DNA of 64,000 nucleotides, from contig NC_068984.1 of assembly GCF_001194135.2 (NCBI RefSeq), positions 176,799-240,798 on the forward strand, read 5' to 3'. Shown here piece by piece: positions 51,905 through 64,000 of the stretch (positions are counted from its first letter, which is position 1; every line of letters starts with the position of its first letter). Position numbers and translations under genes: made by a program. The stretch is from Octopus bimaculoides. Its lineage: Eukaryota. A model generated the notes under the pieces. That model had not been told where the DNA came from, made no database searches, and worked only from the letters and a program-made list of their open reading frames with translations.

Positions 51905-53460
51905 AAGGACCTTCACTGTGGATGAGCTATCAAGCTGGTCCACAGACAAGGAACTTCAGGAGGTGGTAAACGAGACCCAAGCGTGACTGGTTGATTGTAT
52001 TCTCTCTCTTGTTTGTGGTTATTTTTATCTGGAGCTTCACAAAATCTATGGTGACCTCAAAATACAAAACATGTCAACATGGCAAGGGATAATAACACCG
52101 TCACACTGAAGCTTCCACAATTCTGGTTGAAGGGGGCTGATGTATGGTTTGCACAAGTTGAAGCACAATTCAACATAAGGAAGGTCACCTCAAACCTGAT
52201 GGAATATACATAACAGCAGCCGTGGATGAAGACACAGCAACAAGGGTGCTAGACATTCCAATTCAACCATTGGCTACTCACAAATAAGCCACTTGAGAAG
52301 TGAGACTTGTGGAAATATTCTGTAAATTGCTACCCCGTGTCCAGTCTCTCATAACTCAGACTGAGATCAAGGATCTATGGCAGTTGGCGAAAGTGGCCAA
52401 AATGCTTTTTTTGTTTAGAGGGGTTATAATCAGTGCCATAAGGTGGCCCCCAAGACATGATGAAGCTACATAAGACAATCTGTGTTTCTATCCCACAAAG
52501 CTTGGGGCAAAGGCTTCCAAGTGTATGCAACCATGTAGCTTCAAGAGCCTTTTGTCATTGGCCCTGGGAAACTCCACAGCTGGTAGCTGGCAAACATGAT
52601 CAACTGCTCCTATATGTCCATGATTGGAGCTCTGGATGAATATTCCTAATTGAAACAGGAGCAGCATTCGCAAGGGGCCGCCATTACAGAGAGCAAGGCC
52701 AACCTTCAGTGGCTGCCAATGGTTTCACAATCGAAGCATTTGGATGCTGCAATCTCTCCCTTCACATCTTACACTTGGGCATTCACTGTTGCCAATGTCC
52801 ATCAGCCTATTACTAGAGCAGACTTTCCTCAGGCACACTCACTGCTGGCCAATCTTCAGGGAAGATCACTCATCAACAGCAACACTTTATGCCTTTCTTT
52901 CTCTTGCAGCATCTGCACTTGCTGCCCCTCGCATAGCAGCTGTCTCTCAGACCCACCATGAATTCTCGAATCTCCTTGTAAGCTGTCTGAATCTCACTAC
53001 CATGATATTCTCCAAACCCACAACCCACCCTGGAGTGAAACACCACATCCCCACCACTAGCCCTACAGTGCACAGCCATGCATGCCATCCACTAGCAGAC
53101 AAATTTGCTATTGCAAGGGCTCAGTTTGACAATATGGAAGCTTTGGGCATTGTTCGTTGATCAAGCAGTCCCTGGTCATCACCTTTACATGTGGCACCAA
53201 AACCCAATGGAAGTTGGCAACCTTGTAGAGATTATTGCCATCTCGACACAAACACAGCACCCAACTGCTACCCCATTCTCAGAACCAGTTAGCCAGGTGC
53301 TCAATTTTCTCAAAAGTTGACCTCATCTGAGGTTACCATCGAATACCAGGGTGAGACAACGACGTGCCTTAAACTGCTGTGATCACTTCTTTTGGGCTGT
53401 CCTAATTTCTAAGTGCACCTTTTGACTTAAAAAATGCAGCACAACCCCTTTAATGCACTC
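51905..53460 (+). mobile_element. Degenerate Gypsy/Ty3 LTR retrotransposon (gag, protease and RT 5' part)
   Basis: PBS-like TGGTGACC (52049). gag TLKLPQFW..VWFAQVEAQF, protease-like LYVHDWSSG*IFLIETGA, and RT AQFDNMEALGIVR*SSSPWSSPLHVAPKPNG through KTAVITSFGL. Many stops and frameshifts. Confidence 0.9.
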
Positions 53461-53999
53461 ATTCATTTTGTAAAGTTATTGGTGTTAGGAAGCAGATTGC
53501 TTTAGAAACCACGTCAACATAGAAATATAAAAGTGAAGGCATGGTGTCCCCCCATCTCTGACTCATCTGACCCTGTTACAACGTGTCCCACCCACAGCAG
53601 TATGAAAATGGGATGTAAAATGACGAGAATTTTCAAATACAACTAATATCTTTTACAGATACAATTTGATTAATATCTTTTTCAATATTAGTGTCTTTTC
53701 TCAATAATTAATAATGCCATTTTTCAGATATATTTAATTAATCTCTGCTGTTTTTGTGTTTTAGAGCAGAATAAAACAGACTAAATAAATGAAACATTAA
53801 CAAGTTTTGATTTATGTCATCTTAATTTATTCTAATTTAATTTTGTTGCTCAATGTCTTCATATTGGTGACATTGATGTGGTTGACATCCAGTTTAAATT
53901 GCTTGAGGTCAGTTTTCGCATATTGAAAAAATAATCCAGATATTGATCTCAATGTCTCATTGGAGACAGTGATGTTGTTGATATTTAATCACCTTTCAG

Positions 54000-54330
54000 G
54001 TAACACCTGCTGGGGGAAATATGAGTGGGAAAGTAATTCCTGTGGTTTGATATTGTGTGGAGAAAGAATTTAGTAGGACCTGGGAAGGGTGACAAACTGA
54101 GTGAAGGAATTAATATAACAGGAGGGTTTGAGTGGAGATGGGTAAATAACTATGAGCCGATGTGAAGGTCTGAGTCGAGTTTGGTCCATGGATTGGAAGC
54201 TGAAACTAGTGTAGTAGTGGTAGAAGAACTAATTAGAGAAAAGAGCACAGCTCTAGGGTATGGGCTGGAATGTGTTGATGAAAGTCATTGTCAATCAGCC
54301 AGACTACATTTAGATGGTGTTTGGTATATA
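54000..54330 (-). mobile_element. Degenerate CR1/L2-clade LINE 3' end (similar fragments at about 56030-56260 and 40170-40250)
   Basis: Remnants FFYHYY..YINSF, TKYSVFPKNSKLW and YWGQLKKLNLYSL resemble CR1/L2 ORF2 termini. Confidence 0.55.
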
Positions 54331-54399
54331 TTTGTATAGCCATTATATGGCAATTGTGTTTCCTTGTGGATCTTGTGATCGTGCTTAACTTTTGCAGGG

Positions 54400-55822
54400 A
54401 ATCAGCATTTGTTTGGTCTTGAAGTGTGATGGTTTTGCTCTAATAGCTGAGTCATTACCAGATCTGGAGATGTTTCAGGTGTGGAAGCAAGGTCTAGAAT
54501 CAAAGAGCTTCAGAGTCAGTCTGGCAAAAACCAAAGTCTTAGTAAATAGGAAGGCTGACAAACCACAAATCCCTTCAGGTAGATGGCCCTGCTCGATCTG
54601 TAAGAATGGTATAGGTAGAAAGTTCATAAGCTGTACCCGGTGTAAGTTATGGACACATAAGAGGTGCAGCAATATCAAAGGAAGGTTAATTGGGAAGATA
54701 GTTTTTGTGTGTGGCAGATGCACAGGGGCAATAAACACTGAAAATGTGTTGAGAACAGCTTCCATCACATGCCAAGGGTGAAAAACTAGAAGTAGTTGAT
54801 TGCCTTTGTGATCTAAGTGGCAAAGTCAACAGTGGGGATGGATGCTCTGAGAGCGTAGCTGCTAGAATAAGAATAGCCTGGGCAAAGTTCAGACAGCTCC
54901 TACCTCTGATGGTGACAAAGGGCTTCTCGTTCAGAGTGAAAGGTAAACTGTATGGTGCATGTGTTCGAACAGCCATGCTACATGGCAGTGATACATGGGC
55001 TGTGACTGCTGTGGACATAAGTAGGCTTGCAAGAAATGAAGCTAGTATGCTCCGCTGGATGTGTAATGTCAGTGTGCATACACGACAGAGTGTAAGTGCC
55101 CTGAGAGAAAAGTTGGATGTCAGAAATGTCAGGTGTGGTGTGCAAGAGACACGGCTGTGCTGGTATAGTCATGTGTTGCATATGGATGAGGGTAGCTATG
55201 TAAAGAAGTGCTGATCTCTAACTGTGGAAGGAACCCGTGGAAGAGGTAGACCAAGGAAGACCTGGGATGAGGTGGCGAAGCACGACCTTTGAACGTTGGG
55301 CCTCAAGGAGGCAATGACAAGCGACCGAGACCTTTGGAGATATGCCATTCTTGAGATGACCCGGCAAGCTAGATCGTAGCTATAGCCTATTCCAGTGTTA
55401 CGTAACCGGCCCATTTAAGAGTTCCCTTCAATTGTCAGGCAATATGCTGTGCTTGAGAAGACCTATTGAGTCAAGTAAAATTGCTGTCATGGCCAATGCC
55501 AGTACTGCCTGACTGGCCCCTGTGCTGGTGGCACATAAAAAGCACCATTTGAGCATGGTCGATGCCAGTGCCGCCTGACTGGCCCCTGTGCTGGTGGCGC
55601 ATAAAAAGCACCATTTGAGCGTGGTCGATGCCAGTGCCGCCTGACTGGACCCTGTGCTGGTGGCACATAAAAAGCACCCACTACACTCTCGGAGTGGTTG
55701 GAGTTAGGAAGGGCATCCAGCTGTAGAAACCTTGCCAGATCAGATTGGCTTGCCAGTCCTCAGTCAAACCGTCCAACCCATGCCAGCGTGGAAAGCAGAT
55801 GTTAAAGGACAGTGATGATGAT
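54400..55822 (+). mobile_element. 5'-truncated RTE LINE
   Basis: KLYGACVRTAMLHGSDTW..RLCWYSHV..GRGRPRKTW frames, three 66-bp UTR units and a (GAT)n tail. Confidence 0.9.
55495..55680 (+). repeat. 66-bp tandem array (3 units) in the RTE 3' UTR
   Basis: Units start at 55495, 55561 and 55627; each contains a GCCAGT...ACTGG hairpin. Confidence 0.9.
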
Positions 55823-56549
55823 GAACAAGAACACTAGTTGTCATTGTACAGATTTTATGTTGGGTATGCAACATCTTGAGGAGAGTTTCTCAGTAGTTGT
55901 GAGGTTTAGCAGTTGTAGTGATTTTAGTGGGTTTAGTTGTGTGTTTAAGACTGGAGTGGCATATCAGATGGAACACTGTCCTTGATGTGTGTGTGTGTGT
56001 GTGTGGTGATTGTGTGTCTGTGCTGTTTGTGCAGGAGAGATAGCACCTCAGCCTGGTGAGATTGTGTTGGGTGATGTTCAGTTTGAATGTCTTGGTCAGT
56101 GTTTTTAGGCAACTCAGTGCTCCAGAGTTTTGAATTCTTTGGGAAGACGGAGTATTTAGTGGGGTTGGGGTTGGTGAGTAGTGGTAGAAGTTGAAACTGT
56201 GAGGGTGGTAGAAGACAGGTGGACTGGTAGCTTGTTCTTAAGAGCAGAAATCATTGTAATAGTAGTAAAAGAAAGAGGGAGGGAGGGAGGACCTGTGTCT
56301 GTGAATCAGTGATTGCAGCATGTTATCGCTATTGAATGGCCATCATTTTTAGTATTAATCTATGAAAATGATGCCTGTTTTTTGAAAGATAGCTGTTTTT
56401 ATTAGTTACTGATGGCTATTCCATTGGACCGTGCTGTCATATAATTTATTAAAAGCACCTAACTTTGAACTCTCTCATTAAAAAAATATGCTTACTTTGT
56501 GTTTGTGTATGTTTGATATTTTGATTATATAATCACTACTGTTGGGCAT

Positions 56550-56586
<37 letters not shown>

Positions 56587-57039
56587 CCTGACCTTAGTTT
56601 TGTAAATATACTAAAACATAGTTTTAACAGCTCTGTAGTGCTCTGAGAGTGAGTGTCACTGTTAAAGACTTGTTTAGAAATATGTCAGGAATTCCACCTG
56701 GCTTATGATTGATTCTACAGGTCATGCCACAATTCATTGAGGGAATCTAGTCCGAATTTAGTTTGGTCTTCAATCTAGTTAATGGTCAAAAGCTATTTGC
56801 TTTAATTGTCCATTTCTTATCATCTGTGACTTCTTATTAGCTATTAGCTTTTGATTCAGTAGCTTATGAAATGATTGTATAATTAAAGCCAAGTAATTAA
56901 TAGCAATTTCATTATATTATCTGTTTCAGGTTCTGTTAAGTCTATTTTTGAAATGTGTCTCTTTGTAATTAAGAAAGGTCACTCACTCGGAAATTGTATC
57001 GGAACAAGGAAATTGTATCAGAACAAGAAAATAGATCTG

Positions 57040-57125
57040 AGCTGGTAGACAATTAGGTTGTCACTAATTAAGCTGGTAGACAATTAGGTTGTCACTAATT
57101 AAGCTGGTAGACAATTAGGTTGTCT
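57040..57125. repeat. 31-bp tandem repeat (about 2.8 units), preceded by a 19-bp duplication
   Basis: AGCTGGTAGACAATTAGGTTGTCACTAATTA starts at 57040, 57071 and 57102. GGAAATTGTATC(G/A)GAACAA occurs twice at 56989-57026. Confidence 0.95.
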
Positions 57126-57264
57126 AATCAGATTGATTCCTCTGTATATTAGTTTTGTATGAAACAAAACAAAAGAAGAAATTCTGATTTCCATGTTTCT
57201 TTTCTGGTCTTTAAAAAAAAATATCTCTCCACAATATTAGTTTTACAATATTATTATAATATTG

Positions 57265-57480
57265 AAGGGATGTGGCCTGGTGGTTAGGTGTGTTGCATTC
57301 ACAATTCTGAGATCATGGTTTCGATTCCCTCACCAGCTACACGGGTTCTTGAGCAAAACATTTTATTTCATGTTGGCTTGCTTGCCTTGCCAGCAAGTTT
57401 GCATCATTTGAAAGCTAAAATAATACAAAGCACATTGTGACCAGTGATGTGTAACATCTGATAGTCTGGTTAATCCCTTG
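57265..57480 (+). mobile_element. tRNA-derived CORE-type SINE of a third family (an inverse copy lies at about 60480-60660)
   Basis: A-box TGGCCTGGTGG, B-box GGTTTCGATTCC and TTCTTGAGCAAAACA..TATTTCA body. Confidence 0.6.
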
Positions 57481-58929
57481 ATTATAATATTAGTTTTGCA
57501 ATGTTGGTTTTACATTATTATTATTTTCATTATGCTCATCATTGTTGTCGGATGATTTGACAGGAATCAACAAGCCAGAGGACTGCACTGAGCTCCAACT
57601 GTCTGCTTTGGCATGGTTTCTATGGCTTGATGTCTTCCCTTATACTAACCACTTTACAGAGGGTACTGGGTGCTTTTTACAGAATACTGAAACTAGTAAG
57701 GTTACCAAAGTAACTTGCAAGACAAAATCTCTCAACCTAGTTGGGATGCGATACTGAGGGACATGGTATTTTTTGTCAGGTGTTGAAAGGTTAGGGTACA
57801 ATTGAGAGACAAAGGCAGGTGTCTTACTGAAGGGGAGATACATGGCTACCCCAGTTGGAAGGTTTCATTGATATTTTCTATATTTGTTTGGGTTGTTTTC
57901 TACAGTTTTTAAAACTGAACTAGTTAATAGAAGAGGTCACTGACGTGCCCTTTATATGCTCTTTCCCTCTAACTGTAGCTCACATTTATTCACTTGTGAG
58001 GAAAGCAGGTACAGTTCTTATTTCAAAGTTGTTTGGTCACTCTTAGCAGATTCATTAAACACAGAATGACTTCTATTTTTAATGAATATATCTTTTACTT
58101 GTTTCAGTCATTGGACTGCGATCATGCTGGGGCACTACCTTGAAGGATTTTAGCCCAACAAATTGTCCCCAATACTTATGTGCTTTTTTTAAGTCTGGCA
58201 CTTATTCTAAGTCTCTCTCTTGCTGAACTCCTAAATCATTGGGATGTAAACAAACTAACACCAGTTGTCAAGTGGTGTGTGGAGTGTGTGACACACATGC
58301 AGAATCAGACTTCCATACAGTTTCTGACTACCAACTTCACTTACCAACGCATTGACCAACCTGGAGATATATTAAACACTTACCCTAGATGCTTCACTGT
58401 GGGACTGAACCTGAGACCATGTAGTTAAAAAGCAAATTTCTTAACTACACAACCATGCCTAATTTCTCTTTCTGTTTTTTTTTTTTGTTCTCTTTGGCTC
58501 ATTCAAATTATTATCAGTCAGACGTATTCGTGAAGGCAAAGATAGTCATTGTTGAGTTGTGTTATTGTCAGGCGAAATTTCTTTGAACTAAATATTATTT
58601 CTTATTGTGGAACTGATAAAAGATGTCAAAACTTGAGTGAAAATATATGAAAATAAGGAAAAAGTGTAATAAATCATTTGAAAATTTCAGAGATAGGTCT
58701 ATTTTTGAGTAATATTGTAAACAAAAGCCTAGATAGTTTGATTTGTCAACAATCTGAACATAAATTTCTTAGCTTATGAAGTGGTTTGTTTGAATGCTGA
58801 CAGTGTTATGTCTGAATAGGCAATGTCTGGTGTGTTCAAGCTTTTAAATGTATACTTGTTTACTCTCTCTCTCTGATATAACAGATACAACTCTTCCTTT
58901 CTCTCTTTTATATTACTTAACGTTTATCT

Positions 58930-59310
58930 GTGGTAGCATGGCTGTGATTGTTGTTGTCAATGTTGACATAATAGAAGCCAATGCTGTTTTTTTTGGGGTT
59001 TTTTTACCGCTAACTGGTTTCAGAGATACACAGATTGAGGTTGAGAGAAAAACCTGCTTTGTCCACAACTCAATGGTTTTGAGGCAAGGTTTGAACTGCA
59101 ATGTGTTAACAACTCATTGATGGAGTTGTAGGGGTGCTGTTGGGACGCACAGCATGGGTGGGAAGGAAATTCAGAGATGCGAGTGATTGGAGAAAGTGTT
59201 TAATTCTTTTGATATCAACCCACCTGAGACTGCTTCTGGTCCCATGATATAAACTTCCTGCTTTAAAGTGAACATAAATTAGAATCTTCATCAAAATGTG
59301 TTCCCAACAC
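58930..59310 (-). mobile_element. Possible degenerate Penelope-like RT-EN linker fragment (similar at about 47790-48250)
   Basis: HSHL*ISFPPMLC..LHQ*VV resembles the PLE L..FP.PP...RRPPNL..LV linker. Heavily decayed. Confidence 0.35.
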
Positions 59311-59339
59311 CAGATTAATAAATGACATTTATTTTATTA

Positions 59340-60382
59340 AATTCTTCATTATTATTCAAAATTGGGAACAAATGGTTAATGTCAGATCACAAATCCTTCC
59401 AGGTACTTATACCTTTTCTACATATTGAGCAGGGCCAAGTAGAAGTTCCGTAATCTATGGACACATAAGAAGTGCAGCCATATCAGAGGAAGGTTAACAG
59501 AGAAAGTAGTCTTTGTGTGTGGCAGATGTATGGGTACATAGACCTTAGAAATGTACAGAAAATAGACTCCATCAAATGCCAGGCGGAATACTTAGGAGCA
59601 GTTGATAGCTTCTGTTATCTGGGTGACCAAGTCTGCAATGGAGTTGGATGCTCTGAGAGTGTAGCTGCTAGAATAAGAATAGGCTGGACAAAATTCAGAG
59701 AGCTTCTACCTTTGTTGGTGACTAAGGGCCTCCTCAGAGTGAAAAGCAGATTGTATGATGCCGGTGTGTGAACAGCCATGCTACACGGCAGTAAAATGTG
59801 GGCTGTGACGGCAAAGGCTTGAAAGAAATGAATCTAGCATGCTCTGCTGGATGTGCAATGTCAGTGTGCATGCATGACTGAATGTAAGCATTTTGAGAGA
59901 AAAATGAGGCACAAGAGGCATCAGATGTGGTGAGCAAGATAGGCATCTGGTTTGGTCATGTGATGCGTATGGATGAGGACAGCTGCGTGAAGAAGTGCCA
60001 GTCTCTAACTGTGGAGAGATCCTGTGGAAGACATGGGATGAAGTGGTGAAGCATGATCTTTGAATGTGGGGTCTCACAGAGATGATAAGTGATCGTGACC
60101 TTAGGTGACTCGCTGTGCTTGGGAAGACTTAAATTGTAGTTGTGGCTGGTGCTGGTGCCAGTGACACCGCACCTGTGCCAGTAACACATAACAGCTCCCG
60201 TGCTGGTGACAAAAGGCACCCACTACTCTCTTGGAGTGGTTGGCATTAGGAAGGGCATCCAGCCATAGAAACTATACCAAAATCAAACTGGTGCAGCTCT
60301 CAGTCTACCAGCTCCAACCAGACTGCTCAACCCATGCCAGCATGGAAAGCAGACATTAAATGATGATGATGATGATGATGAT
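59340..60382 (+). mobile_element. Degenerate RTE LINE 3' part
   Basis: VDSFCYLGDQ..ARIRIGWTKFRELLPLL frame, then the AGGAAGGGCATCCAGC core and (GAT)n tail. Confidence 0.85.
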
Positions 60383-61394
60383 TGAGGTGTGATAGATTAG
60401 TGGTATTGAGAGCTGGAGTAGTTGAAGTATGGGGGCATGTACACCTTTTCACCACTCAAGGTCGGAGTACAAATCCTAGCTCAACCTTTTATAGTCATTT
60501 TTTAAGACATTCAGAGGAAACATTGGCTCTGTTCTTTGACACAAAACTAAAGCAATGGGAAATGAAATGTTTTGCTCAAGAACACATGCTGCCCAGTCTG
60601 GGAATCAAACCTACAACCTGGCGATTATGTGTGCAACACCTTAACCCTAAGGCCACTCACCTTCACTGGAGGAGGAGGAGGAGTAGGAGGAGAGAAGTGA
60701 CTCAGTAGAGACTGTTGTTGGTTGATGATTCTGAAACTGTTGATCTTTGTCTGCACTTTCTAAATCAAATCAGTTATCCATGAAGTTGGGGAGGAGGGGG
60801 AGAGTACCTCCTCCTACTTTTTAAAAGCTGTCAATAGATCCCCCCCCCTCTTCCTTTCAGTAAACAAATTCAAAACTGTTTATATTCTTTCTCCCTTCCA
60901 TTACACCTCTCTACTCATCTCCTAACATTCAAGTTCTTCCTCACCATCCAGGTTCATAGTCTTGTTTATACTGAATGGTAGCCACTCTGAAATGCATGCC
61001 TCTGTATCAGCCTGGTTGGAGGGTGCTTTGAAGTGACTTGGTGTATTCACACCTATTTGTTTATAACGAGAAATTTCCTTTGTGTCAAAATGCGATGACT
61101 GACTTTCTTTTATGGGTTCCACTATACCCCAAGCATATTTGAATTGGTAACAAGTTTGTATGAGTGTTGATGACACAAGAAAAGGTACCTAGTGCACTCT
61201 ATAAAGTTGTTAGGAAGGGCATCCAGCTGACACTGGAACATGATACAACCATGCTGAATCCTTTCAAACTGTCCGATTTAAGACAGCATGGAACACACAT
61301 GTTAAATGATGGTGATTCACTAATTGCTGACACAATCTTCTTTCCTCAGATTTTACTGTTTAATGTAAATAGAATTGTGGTGCTCGTTTTGTAA

Positions 61395-61710
61395 TGAAAT
61401 TTTCTACGAATATGTATTATGTCATGTAGATTCCGAATATACAAAGAATTGGTGGAGGAAGTGTTTTAGGAGGGGGTAGGGTGGAGAATTTCAGAAAATT
61501 CACTGGAGTCCACTTCAGTTTGTCAAAACTTTCAAGAAAATGGATATTTTTAAATGAAATTCTCTACAAATATACTTTGGACTATGTAGATTCCAAGGAC
61601 ATAGGAATTGGGGGTTATTTTTGAGAACTGTTCCCCCATTTGGGGGTGTTTTGGAACAAGTTGTCCATATTTGTTTCTTTTTCTTCGTTTTGTGCATCTG
61701 TAGATTTCTA

Positions 61711-61746
<36 letters not shown>

Positions 61747-62387
61747 GTTAAAAAAGTTCAAATGGGGACTTATTCCATTCAATACCATATTTATTATAGA
61801 GATTATGTAACAAATTATACTTTACACTTCTATATTTAACTGTGTGTGTGTATAGTCCTTATTTTTGCTTCGGGTGCCTTCTGATTTTCTATTAGAAACA
61901 TTTACCTGGGAATTTATTTAAAATGAAAAAAAAAAATTTGTATGCCACAGATAAGTCATCTTAATAACCTATTTCTGTGTACCAGACCATTAGCTGCTAT
62001 TTCTAGCACAACGAGTTTCCTGGTGAGGGCTTCATTTGCCTTCATTGCCTGTTTGTTGCTTCAGTAGAAATCTACGGATGCACAATACGGAGAAAATGTA
62101 ACAAATATGGAATACTTGTTCTGAAACCCTAACTCTAACCCCTGAGTGGGGAACAGTTCTGAAAAATAACCCCCAATTGTTTTCCTCCCAAATTCCTATG
62201 CCCTCAGAATGTTCATAGTCCGAGGTATATTTGTACAGAATTTTATTAAAAAATATCCATTTTCTTGAAAGTTAAGATGAATTGAAGTGGACTCCGGTGA
62301 ATTTCCAGAAATTCCCCACCCCCTCCTTAAACAAATTTTGTATATTTGGGATGTACATGATATAACACATATTTGTAGAAAACTTTA
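61395..62387. repeat. Long inverted repeat pair (arms of about 320 bp at 61395-61711 and 62064-62387)
   Basis: The arms align in reverse complement over their length (e.g. TAGAAATCTAC.GATGCACAA, AAGTGGACTCC.GTGAATTT). The spacer is about 350 bp. Confidence 0.85.
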
Positions 62388-64000
62388 TGAAAAAATATCC
62401 ATTTTTCTGAAAGTTATGATCCAAATTGGGTGGACGGGTGGGCAGAAATCTGTAGCTATGTCGACAAATTTGACACTTTCCTTCTCGGCATGATTATACA
62501 TGTATACAGAAATACACAAGTGCAGAAGACAGTAAACAATGAAAATAACTTGGTAACGGAAATTATGTTTCTTAATACGATGGGCAGAAAGTAAATAAGA
62601 AATTTCAATGGAAAATAAAGTATTGTACAGGCTGAAGCGAAATTTGTATCTCGGTGAACCAAAGAGCCAGTATCGAAAGAACCAGAAAGAAACGGTCAAC
62701 AACAGAAAAACACAAAATTGTTTGGATTGAAGTGAAATTTATGAAGATACTTCTGTCAGTAAATTATGAAATTACTTCCATCAGGAATTGTGAACTTCTT
62801 TGTGTCAGTAATTTGTCATTGTTTGTTTGTAAATAGCAATTGAAAAATGAAAGTGAAAACAAGAGATATAGAGAGAGAGATGGATAGAGAGATATACATA
62901 AAGAGATATGTTATGTCACTGACGCTGGAAAACCGGAAGTAAATATTTTGAAAACTTTCAAAGATATGAATCTAATATAAAAAGCAATATTTTTTTTATT
63001 TTTAATAATTTTAAATAAAAAAAATCAAATGAACAGCCTATAATTTGTCCAAAGTCAAATTATTCATGCATCACAAGTATGAAAGCAATTGGTGAAGCTT
63101 TGAAAAGTGAATATGCACACATCTCTATTTTATATATTATTAGATAATGATAATAATAAGGGTCCCCCCCATATCACCATCCAGGATTATAGTAGAGGGC
63201 ACTTGCCCAAGGTACTATGCAGTGGGACTGGGCCTTAGACTGCATTGTTGGGAAGCAAGCTTCTCAACCCTATACCCATACCAACACTTATATATCCATT
63301 ATATATTTCTAGAATTTAGATATAGTCTGCTTTCAGTATCAGCTGGTATTTCTCTTTTTTAGCCATTGTCTGAGAAACTGTGATAACCATTTTTAAAGAA
63401 ATCTTTCTCTTCTCTCAGTGAATGAGCAATGTATGTTTTAGTGAAGTAACCGTAACAACTTGGTAAATGATTATACTTGAAGAATGGACAAAGTGGTTTT
63501 TAATTTTCTATAGTGCTTTCTAAATCTTTCATCGAAACATTGTTATTTGGTTTCTTTGTTGTTGTTGTTACTTATAATTCTGTTTTGTAATCTTTTATGA
63601 AATAGCTGCCACAGTTGTATTTTGCTCTTACTGAAAATACTGTTTTTGTGTTATTTCAACTTTTGGAATATAAAATGTTTATTAAATATTATTGTCTATA
63701 GTAGACTTGACTATCGTGTTTAAATGAAATAATTGTGGAATACTTAAAAGGAAAAGAAAAAAAAGCATTTATTTTACTTCATCTGATTGTTGCCATGTGG
63801 ATGATGGGTAAAACTCAGGATATCAAGGGTAAAAGTGAAAAAAAAAAAGAAAAAAAATGCCAGCATTTACCCTTATCTCTTTCTCTCCAAACAGGGTAGC
63901 CATGTGTCTCTTGTATAGCAATATACCTGTTTCTCTCCATCTATTGAATTTTACTCCCTCAAAACTGGCATATTGTTTTGCAAGGTACTTGATGACCTTG

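Noticed and set aside
55495-55680. CRISPR-like regular repeats
   Set aside because: Contiguous tandem units with no unique spacers, inside a LINE 3' UTR in a eukaryote. The 57040 repeat also has no spacers.
63362-63385. Phase-0 acceptor followed by P-L, as expected for the next ECT2 exon
   Set aside because: An in-frame stop follows after 6 codons and there is no RPLYC-like motif; the next ECT2 exon probably lies beyond the window.

Overview
AT-rich, repeat-saturated eukaryotic genomic DNA with several N gaps. The repeat families suggest a coleoid cephalopod, probably Octopus; this is inferred from recalled repeat families, not shown. Two host genes can be supported. One is an intact rho-class glutathione S-transferase whose whole CDS lies in one exon (minus strand, 7113-7844). 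The other is the 5' end of ECT2 (plus strand), with a CpG/CCAAT promoter, ATG at 18961, and phase-compatible exons at 18961-18982, 25921-26001, 35109-35179 and 42766-42945 that encode the N-terminus and BRCT0. No further ECT2 exon was found in the window. The rest is mostly transposon debris: about 28 5'-truncated RTE LINE copies with a 66-bp-unit 3'-UTR array and (GAT)n tail, tRNA-derived SINEs, a hAT element with a perfect 8-bp TSD, pogo, piggyBac, mariner and Charlie elements, a Gypsy remnant, R4/Dong and CR1/L2 ends, and Penelope-like elements. The most striking object is at 50450-51560: a Penelope-like element whose inverted terminal repeats each carry a tRNA-like Pol III module in front of a hammerhead-ribozyme motif. 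A second lead is an unannotated exon just downstream of the GST that encodes a type-II membrane-protein-like N-terminus and may share a first exon with the GST.
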